DNA of 64,000 nucleotides. It comes from a virus. Its lineage: Duplodnaviria > Caudoviricetes. The translations under genes and the position numbers were made by a program. The stretch spans positions 1 to 64,000 of the IMG/VR virus record IMGVR_UViG_3300028048_000080. One strand, given 5' to 3'. The notes below the pieces were generated by a model. It saw nothing but the letters and a program-made list of their open reading frames with translations. It did no database searches and was not told the DNA's origin. Positions within the stretch are counted from its first letter, which is position 1. Each line of letters begins with the position of its first letter. This document shows positions 37,801 through 46,400 of this stretch, piece by piece.

Positions 37801-40800
37801 GCGAAGATTGAGCTGGTCGAGCACACCGCTGGTACGAGTACGTTTTTCTTCCTCGTCTTCGCCCAGAGTAGAAGGAGAAAACATTGAACGGAAAACATCG
37901 TAGGCAGAACTTTCTTTAGCGCGAAGTCTCGTATCTTCCTCGGTAGTTTCTGACTGATAAATATTAGTCAGCACGATATTGGCCGTATCCGCGGGATTCT
38001 TTCTATCCTTAATTACGTCGAACGACAAGATATTGGTGGAATTATAGAAGTTATCGTGAAGTTTATAGCTGCCCAGCTCACGTCCTTCGTCGATAAGCAT
38101 CATATAATAGGTAGGAAATGCTCTAAGCATGCGACCGCGTGCATCGTAGACAATCATGTCGTGGCACGAATGCATCATGTACTGCTTCGGATCATCGGCA
38201 GCTTTAATGTAAAGCTGATTATCCATCTGCTGTACTTTCCGGCTACTCGGAGCACTGGGACGAACACCGGAAGCAATTTTGTTTTCCTGTCGCCCGACCC
38301 CAGCCAGAGCCAAGTTGGACTTGCGCATACCGGTGGACAATTTGTCATCCGGTGAAACCGGGGTAGATGGAACGGATACGCCATGCAAATATTCGTTGAG
38401 TCCTCGGTAATCACGTTTATCAATACGGTCACGAAGCATCTTGTTGCCGTCCGAGAGAGCGAGCATGGAGCATACCCACATCTTGCCGGCGTCGATAGCG
38501 TAAGCATTCTTGGTAAAGAATGTCATATGGTCGCGCAATTCAGCATCTGCCTGAGAAGCCGGAATCTTGTTGCGTTCTTCCGCTTTACGGATTTCTCCTT
38601 CAGCCTTAGTAACTTTACGGAGAATATCTCCGTTGATAGAAGGTAAAGCCCTTTTAAGAATTAAGCGGCGGAGCCAATAGAGCATGTTACGCATATAAGC
38701 GAATGCACAGTACTTGGGGCTGTTAATGCACCCTTGTTTATATAAGCGGATAGTGTCTACCGGTTGATAACGGTAGTAGCGGTCAAGAAGATAACGAGAA
38801 GCATTAAGAGGGCTCTTCTCTTTTTCCTCATCGCTCCACACGTCCACGGGATTTTCACCCGTTACCTGTAAGAATTCTTCTGGAGTATACTGGCGAATAT
38901 TGAATGCGCCAAACATACTAGCCTCTTCGATAGCTTCCGCGAGGGTGCTGGCAGATGCGGCCTGAGCCATATTCTGCGTGCCGACCGGAACTTTAACGCC
39001 CATGTAGTCAGGAGAGGGCATCCAATCGATAGCTTTTTTCTTGGAGGAGTATTCCTTAGAACCACTGGCGGAGCATGCCGCCGCGAATACGATATCTTCC
39101 GTAATTGAGCGGAACGCTTCTGTACGGTCAATATTCAATAGCTCAAAAATCTCGATAACTTCAGGGGTGCTCAAGAAGGCTCCTACGCCGAGCCGGATAT
39201 CGGCCTTAACTGAATCAAAGCTAGGTTTTAAATCCTGGTCGCTTTGTTTCTTGTCAAAATAGCTATTGCGGCAAGCACTTTCCTTTGGAGCCTCTAACGT
39301 AATGGGAACGTCGGTGAGATATTTGGCTATCTTTTCGGCTGCTGTATTAGCGTTGGCCAGTTGTCCGATTACCCATGCGCCTTCAGGCATCGTCCGCCCT
39401 TTTTGCGTCCCAGGAACTTGCGATGTATCATCGGTAGCCTTAACCTGCGTGGTATCATCCGTGGATTTAACCTGCGTAGTATCATCGGTAGCTTTAACCT
39501 GAGAAGTATCGTTGGTAGCGTCTACGTGAGGCTGTTCAAAGCTATCTTTAGCGTCATCGGCTTTTTTACGAGCGTCGTAGGATTCAGCTTCTTTCTTGTA
39601 ACGATTTTCCATGAAGACTACGCGAATATCGTTATTGATTTCCCACGCGTCGTAATCTTCTACGGCGGCACCTACACGACTTTTATCCCGAAGATTTTCA
39701 GACAATCCTTTGGCGTTAAGCTCATACTGTGAATTGAGAGCAGCTTTAGCGAATTCCGTTTGCCGTTTAGCTTCACTATTAGCAGCTATCAAATCAAACC
39801 CTTTTAATTCAGCGGGCGACATAGAGTATTGCGCGCCGGACGCATCCGTAAGCGTTCTGGTTCCGTCAATGCCTGCTTGCACTGAATTAATGATGGTTTC
39901 TCTTAATATCTGGCTGGATAAACGAGTAAGATATACGAAGTAGAAGTCAGGATCGACGTAAGTACGGTTGTCCTGGAACTTATAACGGATAAAGTCATAA
40001 CCCAGAGTGCTCATCTCGGCCAATGTGGGAAGTTCCAGGTCAGGATATAGTTCGGCGTGAGATATAGCAGTTTCGATTTCGAAGTATGACTTCATCTTCT
40101 TAGCTTGATAAACGTCAGCACGATTTTTCTTGCCTTGGGCCCAGTCAGCAATGTCGTCGGCGAATGAAGATGCGCGATAGCCGCCATTGTTTGCCTGGAT
40201 CATCTCCGCGGATTCGCGGTTGCGCAAGGTGCGGTCCATAGACTTCATGATAAGGTTAATCTGATACGTGCCGGGATGATTGTCGACCGTATTTACCGTG
40301 ACGTTATCAATCATTACTTCAGATACACCGAGAAAACGAGTGAACTCAGAATCGACTTTGATAGGATAACAGGGGATAATCTGTCGATACTTACGCATCA
40401 TCATGGTGGCGTAATCAGGCATGCTTTCGATCATCTTAACGGCATTTTTATCTGTAGTCATGATGCTGACATTGAATTCTATATCCTGGCCGCCAAGGAA
40501 CTGCGCGCAGGATTTGCCACTTTCCTGCAGATGAACGTTGCTGAACGTATTGCGGAGAGAAGCACTGATGGAAGTGATATGGAACACGCCGGTATCAATA
40601 GGTCTGAAACGCATGTTATCCAGCTGAGCTATTAACGGCGCCTTCATCCAGCCATCGGTGGAAGCTTCTCCACTGCCATCATTTTTTACTCGCGGAGAAT
40701 TCTGAAGCGTATTTAAGGCATAATCCCATACGCGAGCTTCAGGACGGGAGGTGTCAAGTCTGTCATATACGTGCTCCTGTGAATTCTTTTCGGGATCAGG

Positions 40801-43320
40801 ATATACGCTGAATGGAATCTCGATAAAACGGTTGGCAAACATGTTGCTGGCTTCTTCTTCTGAAGCGTTGATTAACGGTGCCATGTTGCCACGCAAATTC
40901 TTGATAACGTCGCCCTTATTCACCCCTTTTATCTTTACGGCCACACCGAAAGTTACTTTATTGCTCGCATTATCTTTACGATAAAAGATAGAGCAACCTT
41001 CTACGTTAGGATTCTTTTCAAGCGTTTCTTTAATTTGCGAGCAAAAATCCGTGACGATTTTGCCGGCATCTTGTCCGTCATCAGTAACTAAGGCACTATT
41101 GGGAGGAATATAACTAGTGAAATCACTATACCCCTTATTCATATCGGCATGAATGCCAGCCAAAGCTTTATGGGCGTCCCCCTGAAGAAATTCAGAGGAA
41201 CGCAAAAGCTTCTTTAGATCTTGAGCTACTTCTCCGATATTATGAATGACTTCGTTAGACTCTGGCGTGAACTGAATAGCGTACGACAAATTACGTTCAC
41301 GATCTTTTTTACTAGCCAGCATCTTGTCCAGATAATTGGCGTCCGCAATGAAGAACTTCATGCCGCTGTTTTCAAAGAGCATTGGCTGAAATGCCGTCCG
41401 CTGTTTAAGAGCTTCAATCATATACTCTTTCGTATTGATATCGTAGCCTACTCCGCGGAGTTTGTCGCCAGCCATTAAAGCCCTTTGATAATAGTAGCGC
41501 ATGGTTTTCCAGTTAAATGCTATCGCGAATGGATTGCTTACATCCATTTGCATGCCTAACAGAGCCACTTCAGGAATATAAGCCTCGTAGTTAAACTCAC
41601 GTAAGTAGAGATTAACCTGCATGAGCTGAGGCATACCAGGGACCGTATTGATATTGATGGTTTCAAACATTACGGCCTTGATACCCAACACTTCGTTCAG
41701 GTAAGTATTTTCGATAGGCAAGAACGGTGTGAAGTGAAATTGAGAAATAAGTGCGCGCAAACCGTTAATGGAGTATTCCATCTTAGTGCCATTGGGCGCC
41801 GTTTCAGTAATCTTATATCCGTTAATCCCGTCGTTATGAGAAAAGAATATAGACATCTGAATCGTGCGGATGCTATATTTCGAGCCGACAGGCATTGAAC
41901 CGCGAGCACGCAAAATAGGCATAGAATCATTTACGCTGGAGTTCTGCACCGTAATGCTAGTAGGCGGAATCATTAGGGTCGTGTCGCCGATGGTTACCGT
42001 CCAATCTTGCAGTTCGTTCCAACTCTTGCCGAGAACCTTTTGTTGAATCTTTTTACGGTCATCCAGTTCGTCCCATGTTCTGAAATACCCGTCAGCTACG
42101 GCCGTCTGTTCGGGGTCGTAGTTATTTTTGAATACTTTCTTATCCGAACCGCCGGTGAAATTCTTATCGACGTCAGCATGCGTATTTTCTTTATCGGCTA
42201 TTAAAGCCTTAGCAAGGTTAACCCATTTGCCGTCAACTTTAATATACGCCGTGCCGGACAAACTGCCCGCATGAATCTGGCGTAGGAGACGATAACCACA
42301 GTTGGGATTGTCGTCGCTGCTCCACTCTTTTAATTGTTTTACGGCCTCGGGGTCATGTTCAGCCATCTCTTTCAAATCGTTTTCGGGCGAACTAGCATAT
42401 CCGTCTAACATAACGTATACGTCTTTTTGGGTAAGACGATTGATGAATGCGGTCGCCGCTTCAGGATTTCCTTCTCCGGTAGCGGGAGCCATTACCCATT
42501 TAAAAGATCTGGTATCGCCATCTTCGTTGGTGGGAATGTACTGATGATATCTGCCACCGATTTTGACGAATTTATAGATTTCTCCGTCCTTAGGTTCTCG
42601 CGCGCAAACATAAAGTCCCGGCTTCGCATCTATCGTATCTTTACCAGCTTCAACCAAAGTTAAGCTGGACGCGGGAACATTCTCCTCGAAAGCCATACGA
42701 GAAGCTACGGGACAATTTATGCCGTATAAAGATATGGTTACGTAATCATTATCTTTCATCGTGCCGCATGGCGTTCCTCTATGTTTGATGGTGTTAGCGT
42801 AAGTCCCCTCTTCGCCATTACCATTTAAAGCGTCGAGGCGCACACGAAGAGTTTTACCGTTGAACCAATTGCCTTCGTGCCCCGGTTCATCCGTAGTTAC
42901 CTTAAAGAAGTAATGACCGTTATTGTCAGTTCCGGGGGTGTCAAAAGCGGGCGCTTCCGTATAGAAGACGGCTTTCTTCCCGTCGCCCTTCTTGGCTTCA
43001 GCATCTTCGACTTTTTCGATGTCACCGCGCAACATATGATCGAGCTTACGCAAGTACATGTCATCCACGCCACCAAGATAGAAATCGCCCATGTTGGGCG
43101 TATCAAACATCTCCTGGGGGATAGCGTAGTGCTGAAGATTCTCCGCTGAATTTCTATCAGCGTATGCTAAGGCTTCAGCAGATATAGCTTGTCTCGTTTG
43201 CGCTTGCTGCATTTCCCACATTTTACGTTTTGTTTCACTATCGCTTACCGCATTTTGTGCTAGAGCATTGGCTCCGGCAGCCTGCAGTTGTGTATTTGAA
43301 TTTGACAGGTTCTCAACCAA
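34831..43320 (-). CDS. giant multidomain baseplate hub protein (degenerate SNase-like domain, tube-like domains, gp27/gpD-like hub), 2829 aa
   Basis: Hub motifs ILSFDVIKDRKNPADTANIVL, GARIHLRAGYG...IFNGSIAEI...VAQGDG and GDLVILGDTSVKPHDRISI...VKEVVHHMSLENGFITTI; TTG start with AGGGAGGG SD. Confidence 0.7.
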   Translation of the reverse strand: MVENLSNSNTQLQAAGANALAQNAVSDSETKRKMWEMQQAQTRQAISAEALAYADRNSAENLQHYAIPQEMFDTPNMGDFYLGGVDDMYLRKLDHMLRGDIEKVEDAEAKKGDGKKAVFYTEAPAFDTPGTDNNGHYFFKVTTDEPGHEGNWFNGKTLRVRLDALNGNGEEGTYANTIKHRGTPCGTMKDNDYVTISLYGINCPVASRMAFEENVPASSLTLVEAGKDTIDAKPGLYVCAREPKDGEIYKFVKIGGRYHQYIPTNEDGDTRSFKWVMAPATGEGNPEAATAFINRLTQKDVYVMLDGYASSPENDLKEMAEHDPEAVKQLKEWSSDDNPNCGYRLLRQIHAGSLSGTAYIKVDGKWVNLAKALIADKENTHADVDKNFTGGSDKKVFKNNYDPEQTAVADGYFRTWDELDDRKKIQQKVLGKSWNELQDWTVTIGDTTLMIPPTSITVQNSSVNDSMPILRARGSMPVGSKYSIRTIQMSIFFSHNDGINGYKITETAPNGTKMEYSINGLRALISQFHFTPFLPIENTYLNEVLGIKAVMFETININTVPGMPQLMQVNLYLREFNYEAYIPEVALLGMQMDVSNPFAIAFNWKTMRYYYQRALMAGDKLRGVGYDINTKEYMIEALKQRTAFQPMLFENSGMKFFIADANYLDKMLASKKDRERNLSYAIQFTPESNEVIHNIGEVAQDLKKLLRSSEFLQGDAHKALAGIHADMNKGYSDFTSYIPPNSALVTDDGQDAGKIVTDFCSQIKETLEKNPNVEGCSIFYRKDNASNKVTFGVAVKIKGVNKGDVIKNLRGNMAPLINASEEEASNMFANRFIEIPFSVYPDPEKNSQEHVYDRLDTSRPEARVWDYALNTLQNSPRVKNDGSGEASTDGWMKAPLIAQLDNMRFRPIDTGVFHITSISASLRNTFSNVHLQESGKSCAQFLGGQDIEFNVSIMTTDKNAVKMIESMPDYATMMMRKYRQIIPCYPIKVDSEFTRFLGVSEVMIDNVTVNTVDNHPGTYQINLIMKSMDRTLRNRESAEMIQANNGGYRASSFADDIADWAQGKKNRADVYQAKKMKSYFEIETAISHAELYPDLELPTLAEMSTLGYDFIRYKFQDNRTYVDPDFYFVYLTRLSSQILRETIINSVQAGIDGTRTLTDASGAQYSMSPAELKGFDLIAANSEAKRQTEFAKAALNSQYELNAKGLSENLRDKSRVGAAVEDYDAWEINNDIRVVFMENRYKKEAESYDARKKADDAKDSFEQPHVDATNDTSQVKATDDTTQVKSTDDTTQVKATDDTSQVPGTQKGRTMPEGAWVIGQLANANTAAEKIAKYLTDVPITLEAPKESACRNSYFDKKQSDQDLKPSFDSVKADIRLGVGAFLSTPEVIEIFELLNIDRTEAFRSITEDIVFAAACSASGSKEYSSKKKAIDWMPSPDYMGVKVPVGTQNMAQAASASTLAEAIEEASMFGAFNIRQYTPEEFLQVTGENPVDVWSDEEKEKSPLNASRYLLDRYYRYQPVDTIRLYKQGCINSPKYCAFAYMRNMLYWLRRLILKRALPSINGDILRKVTKAEGEIRKAEERNKIPASQADAELRDHMTFFTKNAYAIDAGKMWVCSMLALSDGNKMLRDRIDKRDYRGLNEYLHGVSVPSTPVSPDDKLSTGMRKSNLALAGVGRQENKIASGVRPSAPSSRKVQQMDNQLYIKAADDPKQYMMHSCHDMIVYDARGRMLRAFPTYYMMLIDEGRELGSYKLHDNFYNSTNILSFDVIKDRKNPADTANIVLTNIYQSETTEEDTRLRAKESSAYDVFRSMFSPSTLGEDEEEKRTRTSGVLDQLNLRAGARIHLRAGYGSNAAMLPIIFNGSIAEINAEATINIVAQGDGVELTNPIMEEMEGHEIGQDAKWLSNGNNPKDIINDMLTTEGGWIARTLKNFGRPDLLGDNPYGIYHFGDKDFKDIIASGEPTQNIFDALPTPVWDEESDGGALFDQAPSISFDVFGKSPWDVINICRSVMPDFIAAVAPFDFRSTVFVGAPRYYYAYSYMSTSGVIREKRKPFQQFHVYSSACDIIGNGITATSQNMKTTATGLYQVAATANNKEQHKVGPLYADFDIYPENQKSMIVDTQLYAKGVPYIGACGLNFLTSFEIVDELFSNDEDNSCWNPNLTGGHNMNAKSIAWRMTASALKDSMKEMYAGDLVILGDTSVKPHDRISINDTYTGISGQCTVKEVVHHMSLENGFITTISPDCINTVQDKSEAASHHWYDMSAITWATHTAVVGNILRIWKSGATKASDAAALKQVGQKFFGSTIAKAESLAAKNSVAAGAWNLAKAGGKLVPKAAGMAVSAGEKLLTKLATRAAAGALIGSVVGPLGTGAGLISGAALAIAETVVIETVGNLVTNLFKKHARNLQVITLYPLKRYGRAWVAGIAGTKGMVYGTPSFGDNGPYTKIFNGMTGIEAPGKDAQGEALGVNTNDPSMAIANFSAAIFDDPEVWSMAKNSAAHKAGTIDENGDPTMNKDDFNESLRTSFSSPQAGAQLKNDYRAMQMTPRADFSKGNEVLSAYKHFAMLDINKYLTDPKLKNFYLISSDNRLRPYSEEGFFKIIHETPALNEGAYVDSQIMRIRGEETYVKVIKYKLDNGAIVYDVPLLSRDALNILYEIIRRAKNYMPAANSSDPYESYEQTKSSFIALESALRIGDTQSLAAAGHTFILQGVDNAVTPLASAIKDLQDEIKADAEKNGLGETALFDVSVDSTDKTKVAIVVRMAKVSGNGEERGSVEQKSEKTESEDVARREGEDDTDYLIRISEEGQKKDKELGDIVNGSIERQTAE
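39416..39522 (-). repeat. four 27-bp tandem coding repeats
   Basis: DATNDTSQV KATDDTTQV KSTDDTTQV KATDDTSQV. Confidence 0.9.
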
Positions 43321-43361
43321 AAAGAAACCCTCCCTAATCGTCCGTTTTTTACTACTTGTAT

Positions 43362-43367
43362 ATTACC
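43362..43367 (-). promoter_or_regulatory. putative late promoter core GGTAAT
   Basis: GGTAATATACAAGTAG upstream of the 2829-aa gene. Confidence 0.6.
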
Positions 43368-43386
43368 CGCCATGACACTTAAAACG

Positions 43387-43417
43387 AAAAAGTATCAGCA
43401 CGATACTTTTTCAAAAA
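43387..43417. repeat. 31-bp palindromic element, copy 1
   Basis: AAAAAGTATC-AGCAC-GATACTTTTT-CAAAAA, identical to 52351..52381. Confidence 0.95.
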
Positions 43418-43441
43418 AATAACGCCACCCGAAGGTGACGT
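43413..43441 (-). terminator. intrinsic terminator with C(UUCG)G loop
   Basis: ACGTCACC-TTCG-GGTGGCGT-TATTTTTTT just after the stop of the 2960-aa gene. Confidence 0.85.
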
Positions 43442-43446
43442 GTAAA

Positions 43447-46400
43447 TTATGCTACGCCGATAGCGTGAGCTACCATACGATTAACTTGTAGCTGAGATAA
43501 ACTGTTGCCTACCGAAGTGCTCAGGTTAACGTTGACTGAACCAGTCTGAGGAGTCAGTCCGCTGGCCGCGTTGGAGATGGCATCCACCGCTGCCTGCTGT
43601 CCTTGGCCAGTTTGAGCGTTAATGTTGATAACGTAGCCTGAGGATGGGCCACCGCGCATTACGTTCAGATTGGAGTCGGATAATGACATCTGCTGCATGG
43701 CAATCTGATCCCCTTGGTCATTAGACATCTGCATCGCCTGAGTCTGAGCCGGAGTAGGAACATCGTGCTCTACCGAGGGGCCGGAAGCGTAGCCGGCAGT
43801 CATGAGCCCGGCAGCTATCCCGATTGCCGCGGCTATAGCTTTTCCTCCGGCTCCGCCGATGGGCGCAATATCGAGCATGCGTCCGAAAGATTTCCCGGCG
43901 CTTTCGGCCGTATCTTGCACTACGGCGCGTCGATAACGAGCGTTACGGTTCCTGGAGGCCGCTTCAGCCATCTGCTGTGCCGCATCTTCAGCGTTCTTAT
44001 GTATCGCCGTTGAAGTAGCGTTATCCAAGTCGTTAAAAGCTCCGCTGACTCCGGCTTCAGCATTCATATCATTTAATACCTGAGCTGTTTTGCCGAGTTG
44101 ACTATCTACCGAGTGACTGGAACGATAATTGAGTGGATCGGAGGCTTTTAAACCTGAGGCAGAAATACCCGTCATTAAAAGTTTTTGTTCTTTCTGGTCG
44201 ATGGTAGTGTTGCGCACGATATCACCAAAAAGCTTAGTGGTATTTTCGATAAGCTCATCGGTGTCGCCAAGCATGGCTGAACGCGGGCCAAATTCCTTTT
44301 TAGCTCTGTCCTTAAATACGCCGCCTACAAATGTTTGAAGAGCACTTGCCGCTTCTTCACGGTTTTCTCCCGTATACATTGCTTTTACGGCATCGCCCCA
44401 TACCTTCTGCAGTTCCTCAGCTCGTTTTAAGTCCGTTTCGCCGCGGGCGTTTTTACCGGTGAGAGCACCTTCCTGTAGAGCCATTAGACCGATAAGAACT
44501 TCGGCGTTTTCTTTACCCGTAAGCTTAGCTTGAGAATGAGCTATACGAGAGAATTCGAATAAGCTCTTATTCATAATACCGGCTGCTTTCTTAGAAGCCG
44601 CTTCGGTAAAACGTTCATCCATGCCCATCTGCCATTTACGATAATGCAGGGCTTCATCAAAGGCGGCGGCTTCTTCTTTGCCGTAGTTTTGAGCTACGAA
44701 GTTACCCATTCGCTGAACATAAAGAGCTTCATCTTTGGCCGCTCCTTTCTCAGCATCCCAGATTTTTTCAAAGTCTTCCGCGTGGCTGGTCTTATAATTT
44801 TCATTCAGCTGATCTAACAGGGCTTTATTGGTTTTTATTTCTTCCTCGGTGTATTTCTTTTCGAAGTTAACCAGTCGGTCACCATCGTAAGTATATTCCG
44901 TAAGGTTGCTAACACCGTAGGAATCATCGGCGATATGTTTCCCGTCTTTCCCCCAGTGAGATTCCTGAGGCTGGCCATACGGCGTAATATCTACCGCGTT
45001 GCGTACCATGCCCGCCTTAGCTTCTATGAAGTTATCATCGAGCAGTTTAACGTTCGTACCTTCCATGGCGCTTAAAGCACGATACGCGGCGAAGTCGACT
45101 TGGGCACGTACGGTGCGTCCATCAGCGTAAGTAATTTCGGCTTCACTCTTACGGATCATCGCGTTGATCTTATCGGAGTCATAGTCACCGTTCTGCTGGC
45201 GGAACGTCTTTAAGTTGGTACGGAATTCATCTCGACCGAGAATATCGCTAAAGTGCATATTGACGGCTTGAACCGGGTCACGAGAAACCAACGGATAACG
45301 CTGATCTACCGCGATAGTACCCTCTTTATCTAATACGCCGAGAGTCTTTTCTTTCAGCTGCTTAGCCAGTTTTTTATCGCCGCCAGCCATCTGCTCGAAC
45401 ATCTCGTCGGAATAGATAGCGTCTCTATGCTGCGTGCTGGCAAATAAGAAGCCGAGATCCATACCACTACCCTTTAAGACAGCATCTTTGGCGTTTCGGA
45501 TGTCGGCCAGTTCAGTGAATGATTTCCCGGAATCAAGGAATTTGGCATTGCCAAAAGCGCCATCTAATCCGTCGCCGAGGAACTGGAACCCCTGTGCCGT
45601 GCCGTACATGGTGCCATCCGAAATAACCGTAGTGGACGCCCGTTTGAACGTGCCGTTTTTATCGGTAGCTTCCTGCGCAACCATCGAACGGAGTTTCTCT
45701 GTCTCACGCATCAGTTCACTGCGCCGCTTCTCGTTAATATCTTGTCCGCCGCCGCGATGATTCTCATACTCGCTCGTGTACTGGTCATGCAGGCGCGTTA
45801 CGCGAGCTACCTGGCGCTGCAGCTCACTCTTACGAGCCGCGCCGGTGCTGTCTTCCTGCTGCAGCGCGGAGAATGGCAAGGCAATGGTGCGGTCACGATC
45901 CGACGTATATATCTGGCCATCTATTAAAGAGTTGGAATGCAAGTCAAGAACAATGGCCTGTCCATACAATGATTCAGCGAATTTATCATCAGTTTTATGG
46001 ATGCGAGCGTTGGTACGGAGGTCGTCGATAGACAAGCTGGTAAAGCCCAGGTTGTTCATTTCTTCCAACGAGTATTTATGACTGCGATTATATTCATGCG
46101 CGTTGGTCGAACTATTAGCTTCGATGAGGTCTAAGACTCTATTGGCGGTAGCATCTTGTACGTTGGACTTCTTCAGAGCATTAATGGCTCTCTGCGCAGT
46201 CTTTTTGTCGACCCCTTGCTCTTTGAGCCATGCCATGCCCTCTTCAGCGGTTTGGGCAGTTTCTCCGTTTTTCAGAATATGCTCAGCCCCTTGTACGCCT
46301 TTCCCCTCGTGAACGAAAGTGTCTTTCATAAAGTCATCGACGAGAGTCTGGTAGGCCAAGTCGCCATCTTTTTTAGACTTGGTAAAATCTTGGATAGCTC

